Shown: positions 9,054 to 19,335 of the stretch, in pieces
Position numbering within the stretch: the first letter of the stretch is position 1
Layout of the letters: each line of letters opens with the position of its first letter
Source: a virus
Taxonomy: Duplodnaviria; Caudoviricetes
Length of the DNA stretch: 64,000 bases
Direction: 5' to 3' (one strand)
Virus record (IMG/VR): IMGVR_UViG_3300008050_007455
Coordinates: 46-64,045 of that record
Translations under genes and position numbers: made by a program
Notes under the pieces: model-generated
The model's database searches: none
Told to the model about the DNA's origin: nothing
The model's input: only the letters and a program-made list of their open reading frames with translations

Positions 9054-9056
9054 ATG

Positions 9057-9233
9057 TTAAAATTTATCTAAAAAGTTACCTTTAATGTGTTTTAATCTTA
9101 AATTATCTCTCTTTTCTTCATCTTTAAGAATTTTATTTGCTAATCTTTCCAAATGTTTTGATTTAATTTTATCATAATCATTTACTATTTGGTCGTGTTT
9201 TTTTCTCTTAATATTTCTGGTTTTTTTGCTCAT
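9057..9233 (-). CDS. Small basic hypothetical protein (58 aa)
   Basis: Manual: MSKKTRNIKRKKHDQIVNDYDKIKSKHLERLANKILKDEEKRDNLRLKHIKGNFLDKF. Confidence 0.6.
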   Translation of the reverse strand: MSKKTRNIKRKKHDQIVNDYDKIKSKHLERLANKILKDEEKRDNLRLKHIKGNFLDKF

Positions 9234-9251
9234 ATTGTTTAAATGGATTTA

Positions 9252-9503
9252 TCAATCAAGTAATATTTTATATGCCTCAAGATTATTTTCTCTAAACCAA
9301 TCTAACCCCGCTTTAAATTCTTTAATACCCTTTTCAGATATATTACCAGGCATCATTTCAAACAATAACTGACTACCAACTATAAAATCATACATCGATA
9401 GCTCCTCAGCCGTTAATTCAAATTCCTCACCTGAAAATGGGTTTCTAACTGTATCACCCTTATCATATAATATTCCATTAAACCAATCTGGTAATTTATT
9501 CAT
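9252..9503 (-). CDS. Conserved phage hypothetical protein
   Basis: NPFSGE...LSMYDFIVG...GLDWFRENNLEAYKILLD. Confidence 0.7.
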   Translation of the reverse strand: MNKLPDWFNGILYDKGDTVRNPFSGEEFELTAEELSMYDFIVGSQLLFEMMPGNISEKGIKEFKAGLDWFRENNLEAYKILLD

Positions 9504-9506
9504 AAT

Positions 9507-10133
9507 TTATATTCTTGAGATTATATTTAATTCATCTTCACCATCATCACCCAATCCTAATTCTTTTAAACGTTCAAGATGGTAATCATCAACTTCCCAC
9601 TCTACTTTACCCTGATTTACTGGTTTATGATCCTCAATACCTTCAACTTGTTTTTCAGTAAAAATGTCACCTACTGTTAGAAAATAATGGTTATAACATA
9701 GTAGTTCTATATTATCTAATTTATAATTTTTTTTATTATTATCTTTGAAATGTAACAATAAAGGCATTTTATAATCCAATACCCTACGTTCTTGAAACCC
9801 ACACATAGTACATTTTTCTTCTAAATAACCCTCAGTTAAAAGTCTATATTTAATTTTAGCTGGTGTGAATGATGATGCATTAGCCCTACCTTCAATAATA
9901 TCTAATAATGCAGGTTCCTTACCACCAGTTCTTAAAAACTTAGGTATTCCTTTACCTGATTGGTTTTTATGCTGTGCAAATAAACTATCATGTGTATCAC
10001 TTTCATAGAACTTAGCCCACTTTTTATAATGTTGATAAGAGCAATTCAAATATCTAGCTGCTGCCATATTTGATTTTGTCTTAGCCATTGCAGCTAAAAT
10101 ATGTTCTTTAGTAAGGGGTCTTGCTTTAGGCAT
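9507..10133 (-). CDS. HTH plus HNH-like domain protein
   Basis: N-terminal SNMAAARYLNCSYQHYKKW helix-turn-helix; CTMC...LLLHFKDNNKKNYKLDNIELLCYNH HNH-like motif. Confidence 0.7.
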   Translation of the reverse strand: MPKARPLTKEHILAAMAKTKSNMAAARYLNCSYQHYKKWAKFYESDTHDSLFAQHKNQSGKGIPKFLRTGGKEPALLDIIEGRANASSFTPAKIKYRLLTEGYLEEKCTMCGFQERRVLDYKMPLLLHFKDNNKKNYKLDNIELLCYNHYFLTVGDIFTEKQVEGIEDHKPVNQGKVEWEVDDYHLERLKELGLGDDGEDELNIISRI

Positions 10134-10377
10134 CTAAGTTACTATATGAGTCTAATTTTGGTTTTTTATTAATATTTTTATTGTATGACTCCATTTGTTC
10201 AGGCGTCATAATTTGAATATCATTCCATGTATGGTCACCTTCGCCATGTTGTGTACTTACCGCTTTATATGTGCCTATAGTAGAGCAATCTACGCAGTTT
10301 TTATATCCAAATTTAGTTAATCTTAGTTCAGGCATAGGTTTTTTACATGCAATGCATGGTATCATTTTCAACTTCAT
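10126..10377 (-). CDS. C4 zinc-finger protein (DksA/TraR-like finger)
   Basis: CIACKKPMPELRL...CVDCS. Confidence 0.6.
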   Translation of the reverse strand: MKLKMIPCIACKKPMPELRLTKFGYKNCVDCSTIGTYKAVSTQHGEGDHTWNDIQIMTPEQMESYNKNINKKPKLDSYSNLDA

Positions 10378-10419
10378 CAATATCAAATTTAATTTACACT
10401 TACAACACAATTATAAACT

Positions 10420-10460
10420 ATTTATGTGTAAATATACGAAAGGAATGTTAGATACCCAAA
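10420..10460 (-). promoter_or_regulatory. Class I promoter
   Basis: TTTGG-N17-CGTATATTTAC. Confidence 0.7.
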
Positions 10461-10850
10461 TTATTTTGTAAATTTAAATTTTATATAACTCCAAAGATCA
10501 TTTGGATTTCTTAATATAAATAATTTACCATTAGGACCTTCTAGTGGAATGATGCTACCATCTGGGTTAAATCTATCATAAATGTACCATTGAATTAACT
10601 CTGATGATTCAGAACCATATAACATTCTCATTTGGTTTTCTATAACAAACCATAACCCATCTGTTACTTTACTTAAATCAATACCACTAGTTTGAAACAC
10701 TTTATGTTCCATTTGTTCAGATTCTTCAAGTCTTTTAATTAAACTTGCAAATATTACTTCTTCTGTTTGATCAAAATTATCTTTAATATTTACATCAGCT
10801 CCAAGAACCATTTTAAATAATTGTTCCAAACCCTCATTTCTATTATTCAT
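10461..10850 (-). CDS. Hypothetical protein
   Basis: ORF in packed operon. Confidence 0.7.
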   Translation of the reverse strand: MNNRNEGLEQLFKMVLGADVNIKDNFDQTEEVIFASLIKRLEESEQMEHKVFQTSGIDLSKVTDGLWFVIENQMRMLYGSESSELIQWYIYDRFNPDGSIIPLEGPNGKLFILRNPNDLWSYIKFKFTK

Positions 10851-11007
10851 CCTTAATTTCTTCTACTATGAATAATTTTTTGAATTGGGTTAAAGGTAGT
10901 TTTTTAGTTGAAGCTGATATTCGGTATGCTTCATATAATGAGGATGCCTTTACTATCCCCATTGTTTCTTTATCTTTGTTTTTTGGACTGTAGAATTTAT
11001 ATTTCAT
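10843..11007 (-). CDS. Small hypothetical protein (54 aa)
   Basis: Manual: MKYKFYSPKNKDKETMGIVKASSLYEAYRISASTKKLPLTQFKKLFIVEEIKDE; short overlaps with both neighbours. Confidence 0.6.
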   Translation of the reverse strand: MKYKFYSPKNKDKETMGIVKASSLYEAYRISASTKKLPLTQFKKLFIVEEIKDE

Positions 11008-11362
11008 ATTTTTTAATTAATTTTTGTAATTCTGAGCATCTCTCATACTCTTCATTCTTTATTAGCATTTCGGTAATTTTATTTAAAACAATTTTGAATT
11101 GAGATTTTTTTAATTCTATAATAACAGACATATTAAATATATTAAATAGCTCTGCTTTATTTTTATTATTCCTTAAAGCATCAACTATTGCTTTTAAACT
11201 TTCTTCTAGTATAAAATCAACAAATTCTTCATTATCACTTAATCCTATTAAATCTTCTTCATTCTCCCAATCTATTTCTATGTTTATAACCTCTCTCTTA
11301 GATACCTTATTCATTTTATCATTTTCTTCCATTTGTATTATATTTTTGGGGGTTATGGTCAT
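10997..11362 (-). CDS. Hypothetical protein with C-terminal UvrB/UvrC-like motif
   Basis: LIKNEEYERCSELQKL; true start may be 11332. Confidence 0.65.
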   Translation of the reverse strand: MTITPKNIIQMEENDKMNKVSKREVINIEIDWENEEDLIGLSDNEEFVDFILEESLKAIVDALRNNKNKAELFNIFNMSVIIELKKSQFKIVLNKITEMLIKNEEYERCSELQKLIKKYEI

Positions 11363-11368
11363 AAATAT

Positions 11369-12166
11369 TTAAAAATTGATTCCTCTAATAATAGATCCTT
11401 TAGGTCTGTGGGAATTATTTTCAAATAGTTGAGGTGACATACCCCACTTATATATAAACATCTCAGCTGCTGGTCCTTCTGTTGCTCTAAATTTAACCCC
11501 TTCCTTACCATTTTTAGTTGCGGTACTCCCAAAATGATATAAATGTGCTCTATGTGTTCTAATAAATCCAAGTCCTATTAAATCTAATTTTAAAAAGAAA
11601 TCCCAATCACAAATAAAAGGTGATTGGTACATTGTATCAAACCCACCAACAGCCATATAATATTTTTTATGCATTGCAAATGGGAAAATACCACCATCAA
11701 TCGTTAATTCCTCTTTATTAATTGATTGCTCGTACTTAATAAATTCTTCATATTTAAATTCTTTAGGGTTACGTCCTAAATCCTTAACGGGGAAGTTGAA
11801 TATACCTGGACCTGTTGGTTCTATTTGATTTAAAGTTAGTACTGTTCTTGGGAGATGTTTTATCTCCTTTGATATTACTAAATCATAATCCTTACAAAAC
11901 ACATTATCATCATTTACTATAAAGATAATTTCATTTGTAGCATTCATAACCCCCAAATTAAGGGCCTGTTGCATTCCTTGATTTTCCCCTAAATCCAATA
12001 CTTTAATATTATCTTTATACTTATCTAGTATTAATTGGCTTTCTTCAATAAAACCATCTACAACAACTATAATTTCATTTGTAATTGACTGTTGATCAAT
12101 TGCAGATTTTAAACATATGTCTAAATATTCGGGATTTCTATATGTTGGGATTATTATACTAATCAT
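11369..12166 (-). CDS. Glycosyltransferase family 2
   Basis: ISIIIPTY, VVVDG, NDD (DxD-like), GGFD, DWDFF. Confidence 0.9.
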   Translation of the reverse strand: MISIIIPTYRNPEYLDICLKSAIDQQSITNEIIVVVDGFIEESQLILDKYKDNIKVLDLGENQGMQQALNLGVMNATNEIIFIVNDDNVFCKDYDLVISKEIKHLPRTVLTLNQIEPTGPGIFNFPVKDLGRNPKEFKYEEFIKYEQSINKEELTIDGGIFPFAMHKKYYMAVGGFDTMYQSPFICDWDFFLKLDLIGLGFIRTHRAHLYHFGSTATKNGKEGVKFRATEGPAAEMFIYKWGMSPQLFENNSHRPKGSIIRGINF

Positions 12167-12855
12167 ATTTTACTCCATTTTGTTAAAGGTGATAACCAAG
12201 CAGTTTCTCCATGAGTAGCATAACCTGGTATGGGTGTTATTAATAATTCATTTTCTTCTCTTAATTCTAAAAACATATTAAAATCATTTGGGTGGGTAGT
12301 GGAAGTATGTTCACGAAGTATACTTTCATTAGCTCTTAAAGTAGATACTTTAGATGCAAACGTCATTGTAGTTGAATTTGTAATTTTCCAATGACAACTA
12401 TCAGTTAAATACACTCTAGTATCTTCAGCTCCCCCCTCACAAAATGGATTACCTCCTTTATTTGGGGATAAATACTTATCAGGGTGATCATATAATGATA
12501 TGAAAGAGGCTCCTAATGTAAATCCTTCATTTAAAATTTTTAGTGAATTAGGTTTATGTAAATAATCATTTTCTAAAAAATATACTATTTCATCACCATC
12601 ATCCTCCATTATGGCCTCATCTAAAGCTAGATTAAATGTTCTAGCTCCATTCCCTTCATTAACATAATAAATATAATTACGTGGAATATACTTTTGAATC
12701 ATATTATTGGTTTCTTCTGATATTCCATCAGCTATGATTGACCAATCAGCATCATTAAATACCTTAAAAGCATTTGCCAAACACTTTTCATTATTTATAT
12801 AATCTGGTTTTACTTTATTATAACCAGCATCTGATATTCTATATATTACTTTCAT
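12163..12855 (-). CDS. Putative glycosyltransferase (GT-A fold)
   Basis: IIADG, VYFLENDYLH DxD-like motif, located in GT cluster. Confidence 0.65.
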   Translation of the reverse strand: MKVIYRISDAGYNKVKPDYINNEKCLANAFKVFNDADWSIIADGISEETNNMIQKYIPRNYIYYVNEGNGARTFNLALDEAIMEDDGDEIVYFLENDYLHKPNSLKILNEGFTLGASFISLYDHPDKYLSPNKGGNPFCEGGAEDTRVYLTDSCHWKITNSTTMTFASKVSTLRANESILREHTSTTHPNDFNMFLELREENELLITPIPGYATHGETAWLSPLTKWSKI

Positions 12856-13451
12856 TTACGTTTAATAATTGTAAATCCATTATTATTTGTGTACCTTTTA
12901 AATAATTCCCATTTGTCATTATTTTCATCTAAAAACTCAGTAACAGCATCCCATAATCCTTTATTTTTATTTAAATCATTTTCATTCCATTTATCCCCAC
13001 CTTCAGAGCTCATTGCTTCCCCTCGATGTTCATAAGTTGTTGTGTCATGAAAACAAATATATTTTTTTGCTTTATCTGAGTGTCTTGCTAACTCTGATTT
13101 TAATTGGTCATAGTTATGCCAAGTGTCAATAAATAATAAATCAGTTTCTTCAATATCAATTTTTAATACATCCGCTTCTGTAAATTTAAAAGGAATATTA
13201 TAAGCTTCAGCAGTATCATAGACATCTTGAATGTTACCTTGCCATTTAATGGGATTATGAAGATCATAACAATATAAACCATTCTTTGGGAAGCCTGCTA
13301 GCCATCCCCAAGTTGAAATGATTCCTCTTACACCCATTTCTGTAATATGGTCACATTCTTGTGCTAAGTTAATTATTGTAGGGATATGTTCATTAATGTC
13401 TGTTGGAGTTCTGAATATATCATTTACTTTTCTTTCTAGGTCTACTTTCAT
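12852..13451 (-). CDS. Class I SAM-dependent methyltransferase (Methyltransf_24-like)
   Basis: EMGVRGIIST, DLLFIDTWH, ICFHDT. Confidence 0.8.
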   Translation of the reverse strand: MKVDLERKVNDIFRTPTDINEHIPTIINLAQECDHITEMGVRGIISTWGWLAGFPKNGLYCYDLHNPIKWQGNIQDVYDTAEAYNIPFKFTEADVLKIDIEETDLLFIDTWHNYDQLKSELARHSDKAKKYICFHDTTTYEHRGEAMSSEGGDKWNENDLNKNKGLWDAVTEFLDENNDKWELFKRYTNNNGFTIIKRK

Positions 13452-14239
13452 ATAATTAAAACGTTTTGATCAGGATGTTGGAAATGACATATTCCTTCTA
13501 TCATGATATTTTTATGGCTACAATCGTGTATTTGTTGATGTTTTATTGTCTCCAATAATATACGATATTTTTTATGGGAAACCAAATGATATTTGGAGAG
13601 ATCATTTCTAATTACACATTTCTTCAAAAAATCTTCACAAGTCCATCCTTCAATATGTTCCCAAACTCTACCACTATAAACTTCTAAATTTTGAATATAA
13701 TCGTAAGTATCATTAACATATTTTTTGTCATAAAGATAATCAATTTTAGTTGTATCTATAAAATAAAAATTAGTCTGTGGGTAAAAATCCTCCTTAGAGA
13801 TTTTATCTAAATCAAAATTATATTTTTCCATCCCCCCAAAACCAATACCATTCATGTAATAAAAATCACTATCATTGACTTTAATATCTAAAATTGTAGG
13901 TTGGAATACTATATCATGAGAGGATTTACATACCCAATCTATATCATTTTCATGACAATAATCAATTATAGCATTTTCCTGATCGGCAATTCCAAATGAA
14001 TGGCCTCTATTTTCCTCTAAATCTAAAATTACACAATTTGGAAAGTAGTGTCTCCATAATTTAGTATTTTCTTGTTGAAGGGGTGTTGAGTAATTAACAA
14101 CAATTATGTGTTGTTTAAATTCCTTTAGTACTGGGAGGTTATATAAAATATATCTTTCATGTAATTTTAAATCGCTTTCACTATTTACATGGCCTATAGT
14201 ACAATAATAACTTTTATTTATTATGTTTTTTAGTTTCAT
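13448..14239 (-). CDS. Putative glycosyltransferase-like protein
   Basis: NRGHSFG, DWVCKSSHDIVF GT-A-like pattern; start taken at MKLKNI. Confidence 0.5.
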   Translation of the reverse strand: MKLKNIINKSYYCTIGHVNSESDLKLHERYILYNLPVLKEFKQHIIVVNYSTPLQQENTKLWRHYFPNCVILDLEENRGHSFGIADQENAIIDYCHENDIDWVCKSSHDIVFQPTILDIKVNDSDFYYMNGIGFGGMEKYNFDLDKISKEDFYPQTNFYFIDTTKIDYLYDKKYVNDTYDYIQNLEVYSGRVWEHIEGWTCEDFLKKCVIRNDLSKYHLVSHKKYRILLETIKHQQIHDCSHKNIMIEGICHFQHPDQNVLII

Positions 14240-15242
14240 TTTTCCAAAAACTATAAATTCCTTTTTCAACCTCATACTTAGGCCATACAAACCTATCTCT
14301 CATAGGTTGATTTTTAGCCCACTCCCACATTTGTTTTAAACCTGATTTCATATCAGTTTTATATTCAAATCCTAATAAATCAATTGATTTCTGATATGTT
14401 GGTATGGAGTGTTTAACTTCATGTCTGCCTTCTAAATATTGTATTTTAGCATCCTCACCTATTACATCTCTAAGAATTTTACACGCATCATTAATTGATA
14501 TTTCTTCAATACCACCTAAATTAATAATTTCACAGCATGCTTCTTTTCTTACAGCAGCATTCCATAAAGGTTCTAATGAATCATCAATAAAACTAAATGC
14601 TCTGGTTTGTTCACCATCTCCAAATATTGTCATAGGCATGCCATTTAAATGTTGGTACATCCAAATACCTAATACATTTCTATATTTATCCCAAAAGTTT
14701 TGTTTAATACCATATACATTATGTGGTCTAATAATACACCAATCTAATCCATGCTGTTCACCAGCGATCTGAATATCCATTTCACAAGCATATTTAGCTA
14801 CTCCATAAGGATCAATTGGTGATTGTTGTTGATCTTCATCAAATATTCCACCATTGCCATGTCCATATACTGCTAGAGTTGACGTGAATATCAGTCTTTT
14901 AACGTCGTGTTTTATACATTCATTAACTATGCGGGCTGTGGATTTTAAATTATTTTCATAGTTGTAACAACGAATGAATGGAGATAAACCTTCAGCAGCA
15001 TAAGCAGCAAAGTGAAATACATAATCAAAATTATTTACTTCAAAACAATTTTCAATTGGATGTTCTGTAAGATTCATTTGCCAAAAATCTACTTTTGGGT
15101 TAATGTTTTCTTCAAAACCACCACTTAAATCATCAATACCAACTACTTTATATTCTGGTTTGTTTTCAATAACCCAATCTGCTAATCTGCTTCCTAGTAG
15201 TCCTGCTACTCCCGTAATTAATATTGTTTTTTGTTTATTCAT
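14214..15242 (-). CDS. NAD-dependent epimerase/dehydratase (extended SDR)
   Basis: GVAGLLG, DDLSGG, HFAA, YGVAK (YxxxK), RPHNVYG. Confidence 0.92.
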   Translation of the reverse strand: MNKQKTILITGVAGLLGSRLADWVIENKPEYKVVGIDDLSGGFEENINPKVDFWQMNLTEHPIENCFEVNNFDYVFHFAAYAAEGLSPFIRCYNYENNLKSTARIVNECIKHDVKRLIFTSTLAVYGHGNGGIFDEDQQQSPIDPYGVAKYACEMDIQIAGEQHGLDWCIIRPHNVYGIKQNFWDKYRNVLGIWMYQHLNGMPMTIFGDGEQTRAFSFIDDSLEPLWNAAVRKEACCEIINLGGIEEISINDACKILRDVIGEDAKIQYLEGRHEVKHSIPTYQKSIDLLGFEYKTDMKSGLKQMWEWAKNQPMRDRFVWPKYEVEKGIYSFWKNETKKHNK

Positions 15243-15254
15243 TTTTATTAATAA

Positions 15255-16079
15255 TTATAAAATTGCTCTTCCTTTCATATTTTCCCAATCTCTGTTTTCT
15301 CTTACTTGTCTATTTTTATCATCTGTTGCTATCAACATTTGAGGGAGTAAATCATTATCTATAGCTACCTTAATTAATGCCTTTACATCTTTAGGAAAAC
15401 AATGCCCCCCATATCCTCTATCTCCATCTGGGCCTGGAACTGCCCAATGTGATGTTCCTAATCTTTCATCATAACAAGCATATTCAATTACTTTATCATA
15501 ATCCACACCTAACTCTCCACACACATCATACATTTCATTAGCAAATGAAACTTTAGTTGCTAAAAAACAATTAGTAACATATTTAATCATTTCAGCGTAT
15601 GTTGAATCTGTTTTAATTATATGGGCTTTAGGAAATGCTTTAGAAAATAATGGTTTTAATTTTGTAGTTGATTTTCGGGGTCCACCCAATATAATTCGTT
15701 TTTGTCTATTATAATCATCTACAGCATTTGCTTCAGTTAGAAATTCAGGGTTAAATACTATATCTAAATTATTATATAGTTTATTTAATTTTTCAGTAGT
15801 ACCCGGAGGTACTGTTGATTTAATGACTACTATTTTAGATGTGCCAAGTTCAACTACACGTTTGATTGCTTTTTCAACTATATCTGTGTGGCAACTCCCA
15901 TCTTTATTCATTGGGGTTGGTAAACAAATAAATACAACTTCACTATTTAATACTTCTTGCTCATTGCTATTACAATGAATTTTACCTTTTATATCAAATG
16001 TTTTAACATTATAGTAATTTTTAAATTTTTGGTAAACTGCATTACCAACAAAACCTTGTCCTATTATTCCTATTTTCAT
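15255..16079 (-). CDS. UDP-glucose/GDP-mannose dehydrogenase family protein (short form)
   Basis: GQGFVG, CLPTP, KSTVPPG, FNPEFL, GYGGHCFPKD. Confidence 0.9.
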   Translation of the reverse strand: MKIGIIGQGFVGNAVYQKFKNYYNVKTFDIKGKIHCNSNEQEVLNSEVVFICLPTPMNKDGSCHTDIVEKAIKRVVELGTSKIVVIKSTVPPGTTEKLNKLYNNLDIVFNPEFLTEANAVDDYNRQKRIILGGPRKSTTKLKPLFSKAFPKAHIIKTDSTYAEMIKYVTNCFLATKVSFANEMYDVCGELGVDYDKVIEYACYDERLGTSHWAVPGPDGDRGYGGHCFPKDVKALIKVAIDNDLLPQMLIATDDKNRQVRENRDWENMKGRAIL

Positions 16080-16081
16080 TT

Positions 16082-16702
16082 TTAAAGAGTATTATAATAA
16101 TTATTTTGTGCTTCTTGTTTTTTAATATTTTTAGGATGATATAAAGAATATGCTTCATCCTCAGGTAGCTCAGCAAAAGTTTCATGCCCAATAATTTTTT
16201 CATGAACCTTTCCTTCCCATTTAATCTTAGGATTATTTTTATAAATCCTCCACTGTTTATCAGGCCAATTAACCCAATTATTTTCATTTACATTCCATCC
16301 CCATTCTTGTATGTGGTAGGATGTTAAACCTTTTACAGTATTAACTCTAGGAACCCTAATTAAATCTACAGGGTTTGATTCTAATATTATATGAAGAGAT
16401 TTTAATAGATATAAATGTGGATATTCATCAGCATCAATTTGAAATATATAGTCTCCTGTACAGGCACTATTTAATTTATTTTTCCAATCAGCAAAGTGGT
16501 TATTAAATTTTCCTTGTATTAAAACTATTTCATTATTAGATTCTAATTTTGTTAAATAATCTAATATTTTACTGTTTGATTTCGTAGTATCTAATAAAAC
16601 AACTACCTCATCAATATTTCTTTTAGTATTTGATAATATTTCAAGTAATTTTTTAATTTCTTCAAATTCATCACATACTGTTACAGCATAACTTATCTTC
16701 AT
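16082..16702 (-). CDS. Glycosyltransferase family 2
   Basis: FQIDADE DxD motif, WPDKQWRIY, WEGKVHE. Confidence 0.88.
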   Translation of the reverse strand: MKISYAVTVCDEFEEIKKLLEILSNTKRNIDEVVVLLDTTKSNSKILDYLTKLESNNEIVLIQGKFNNHFADWKNKLNSACTGDYIFQIDADEYPHLYLLKSLHIILESNPVDLIRVPRVNTVKGLTSYHIQEWGWNVNENNWVNWPDKQWRIYKNNPKIKWEGKVHEKIIGHETFAELPEDEAYSLYHPKNIKKQEAQNNYYNTL

Positions 16703-17583
16703 TTGATTTTTAAATTATTTATATAATGTAATAATTGATCTTTAGGTTCCCAACCCAAAATTTCCTGAGTGGTAGTATCGTTGCATAAAGTTAATCTGTA
16801 ATTTCCTGGTTGGTCTGTAATGTATTTTATTTTACATCCTGATTTCTTTTGGAACATCTCAGCTAATTCCTTAATTGAATAATTAACTCCTGTTCCTAAT
16901 TCCCAAGCATCAATTGATGATGGTCTTTGGAAATCTGCTTCTCCACTATAGAAATTTGCAAAACCAATTCTATATAAACCATCCACAATATCATCAACAT
17001 GAGTAAAATCTCTTCTTTGTAACCCATCACCGACTATTTCAATTGGAGCTTCTCTATTAATTCTAGATCTCCAGATACCAACTACATTACCATTTTTCTC
17101 ATCTAATGCTTCACCAGGTCCATATACATTATAAAATCTACAAATCTCAATATTTACATCAAATGATTCTTTATATAAATTGCATATACCTTCACCTAAA
17201 TATTTATACATTGCATAAGGGGAGGTAGAGGGATTGTGGTGTTTTGATGATGAACCAGCATATACAACTTTTGCCCCTATATGATTTGCAAATTCACAAA
17301 CTTCTTCTGTTCCCTTTACATTTACTCTAAATGATTCTGAAGGATCATTAAATGAAGGTTGTACTCTAGATTGAGCTGCTAAATGAAATATTAAATCATA
17401 ATCTTTATCAATATCATCTATAGTTGAAATATCACCATGCCAATATTTACAACCCTCAACTTCATTTTCTACAGTACCTGTAGAGTAATTATCTAATGAT
17501 TGAACTTCATGTCCTTCATCTAATAATCGTTTTACTAAGTTACTTCCTATAAATCCAGCTCCGCCGGTTACTAATACTTTCAT
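16699..17583 (-). CDS. NAD-dependent epimerase/dehydratase
   Basis: GGAGFIG, HLAA, YAMYK, RFYNVYGP, RDFTHVDD. Confidence 0.92.
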   Translation of the reverse strand: MKVLVTGGAGFIGSNLVKRLLDEGHEVQSLDNYSTGTVENEVEGCKYWHGDISTIDDIDKDYDLIFHLAAQSRVQPSFNDPSESFRVNVKGTEEVCEFANHIGAKVVYAGSSSKHHNPSTSPYAMYKYLGEGICNLYKESFDVNIEICRFYNVYGPGEALDEKNGNVVGIWRSRINREAPIEIVGDGLQRRDFTHVDDIVDGLYRIGFANFYSGEADFQRPSSIDAWELGTGVNYSIKELAEMFQKKSGCKIKYITDQPGNYRLTLCNDTTTQEILGWEPKDQLLHYINNLKIK

Positions 17584-18044
17584 TAATTCTCAGGTTTAAA
17601 TATTCCAATATAATCTAAAGCTTCAATATAATCTGTTTCGGGAAATTCTTTCATGTTTTCCATATCCATTCTCCATTCATAATATTCACCTTCTTTTCCT
17701 CGGATAGGATAATTTTCCTTTTCTTCATCTTTTACTTTAACTGCTAGTACTGCTGCCCATTTCCAATTTTCAGCATTTTTACCATTTGCAAATATCATTC
17801 CTTTAGTAGGCATATTTACAGTTGAAGGCATCCAAACTTTACCATCATCATCTTCCCCCATTAATTCTTTGTACAAGTTAGGAAGTAATTCCATTTGTTC
17901 TTCAAAAAATTGAGTATCTTTTACTAGTAAACTATTAGTAATAAAACCACAACCATAGCATTGGTAATTTTTAATATTTTCATTTACTTCTTGAATATAG
18001 CAGGCATCTGATCCACATCTATCACATATTTTTAAATCATCCAT
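17583..18044 (-). CDS. Conserved hypothetical protein with N-terminal Zn ribbon
   Basis: CDRC...CYGC; start taken at MDDLKI. Confidence 0.7.
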   Translation of the reverse strand: MDDLKICDRCGSDACYIQEVNENIKNYQCYGCGFITNSLLVKDTQFFEEQMELLPNLYKELMGEDDDGKVWMPSTVNMPTKGMIFANGKNAENWKWAAVLAVKVKDEEKENYPIRGKEGEYYEWRMDMENMKEFPETDYIEALDYIGIFKPEN

Positions 18045-18045
18045 T

Positions 18046-19335
18046 TTATTGTAGTTTTGGTAGTTCAACTCCTTTTATTTCTGGGAGTTTTAATTTTATT
18101 TGTGTTGGAACATCAACATTATTATCTAAAATATCAATTAATACCTTTTTCATACCTTCATAGCTAAAGTTTTTTCTTAATCTACTACCTAATATTTTTG
18201 ATTTCTTATTCCAATCTTTATAATTTTTCTTGACATCAACCATAAAATGACCCAAATGACCATGGTCTACATCAAACCATTCTGCCCCTTCAATTAATAC
18301 ATCTTTTTGTATTGCAGATGGATCTAGTTTACCTAATTTACCCCCCATTATAGGTGCAAATTTAGGATTTAGAAAATCTATATGTCCACTCCACCCAGTT
18401 GCAATTGTTGGTTTGCCTGTTAATGCAAATTCTAATAATGGTCTACCAAATCCTTCTCCTTTAGTAGCACTAATCATAGCTTTAATCTTTGGGTGATTAT
18501 ATAATTCATTAATTTCCCCATCAGATAAATCACCATGAAGTAAATAAACATTTGGTAATTTGTTTGAAGGTGGAAGACTTTTTTTAATTGTATCAATCCT
18601 TTTCATTATTTCTCTCCGATCTATGTGAGATCCTTTTCCAATAGATGTTTTAAGAACTAGTGCAGGTGCATTTGATTTATTTTTCCATACTTCAAAGAAA
18701 GCTTTAATTAATAAACCTACATTTTTTCTATCATGACCTAGTGCACCTTTTAACCAATGTCCAACAAATAAATAAGCAAATTTTTCAGGTATGTCATTTA
18801 TGTGATTATATAATTTTTCATTAGTAAATTCTTTAATTCCTTTATAAACATCTAAATTAGCGCCTTCAAATAATACTTTAACTGGTGTGGTTAATTTTAA
18901 AGGTTGCTTTTGACCTGTTTGTTTATTTTGCATCTCATAAGATGTATTTTCAAATACATTCTTAGAATGGTTAGATGAAGTTAAAATTAAATTCATCCTA
19001 TTACAACCTTCAATCCATTGAGGGGCACATGCTGTAGTTTCGATACCTGCCGTTAAACCAATGTTATATTCGCCTACAGGTTGAAATTCATTGGGTACTG
19101 TGACTTGACACCAAATGTCTGGTTTTGACGTTAAATTAGGTATAAGATATTCTTTCATGAAATTCCATTCTGGGAAATCATCTAAAAATCCCTTTCTAGT
19201 ATCACCCCATCTTTGTGATAGAATTTTAATATCATATTTATCTGATTCTATTAAAGCTTTTACAAAATCTCTAGCTCTTGCTCCATATCCTGAGTAAGTC
19301 TCAACTGGAGCGCTTATAACAAATGTATTTTTCAT
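18046..19335 (-). CDS. Glycosyltransferase, GT-B/GT4-like
   Basis: TYSGYG, RKNVGLLIKAF, TKGEGFGRPLLE. Confidence 0.88.
   Translation of the reverse strand: MKNTFVISAPVETYSGYGARARDFVKALIESDKYDIKILSQRWGDTRKGFLDDFPEWNFMKEYLIPNLTSKPDIWCQVTVPNEFQPVGEYNIGLTAGIETTACAPQWIEGCNRMNLILTSSNHSKNVFENTSYEMQNKQTGQKQPLKLTTPVKVLFEGANLDVYKGIKEFTNEKLYNHINDIPEKFAYLFVGHWLKGALGHDRKNVGLLIKAFFEVWKNKSNAPALVLKTSIGKGSHIDRREIMKRIDTIKKSLPPSNKLPNVYLLHGDLSDGEINELYNHPKIKAMISATKGEGFGRPLLEFALTGKPTIATGWSGHIDFLNPKFAPIMGGKLGKLDPSAIQKDVLIEGAEWFDVDHGHLGHFMVDVKKNYKDWNKKSKILGSRLRKNFSYEGMKKVLIDILDNNVDVPTQIKLKLPEIKGVELPKLQ

Noticed and set aside
9507-10133. Mobile homing endonuclease insertion
   Set aside because: HNH motif is degenerate, the gene is coupled within an operon and interrupts nothing; kept only as an HTH-HNH protein
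15255-16079. UDP-glucose dehydrogenase as a pseudogene because it lacks the C-terminal domain
   Set aside because: Catalytic GGHCFPKD intact, clean stop and tight packing with the next gene; short forms occur in viruses
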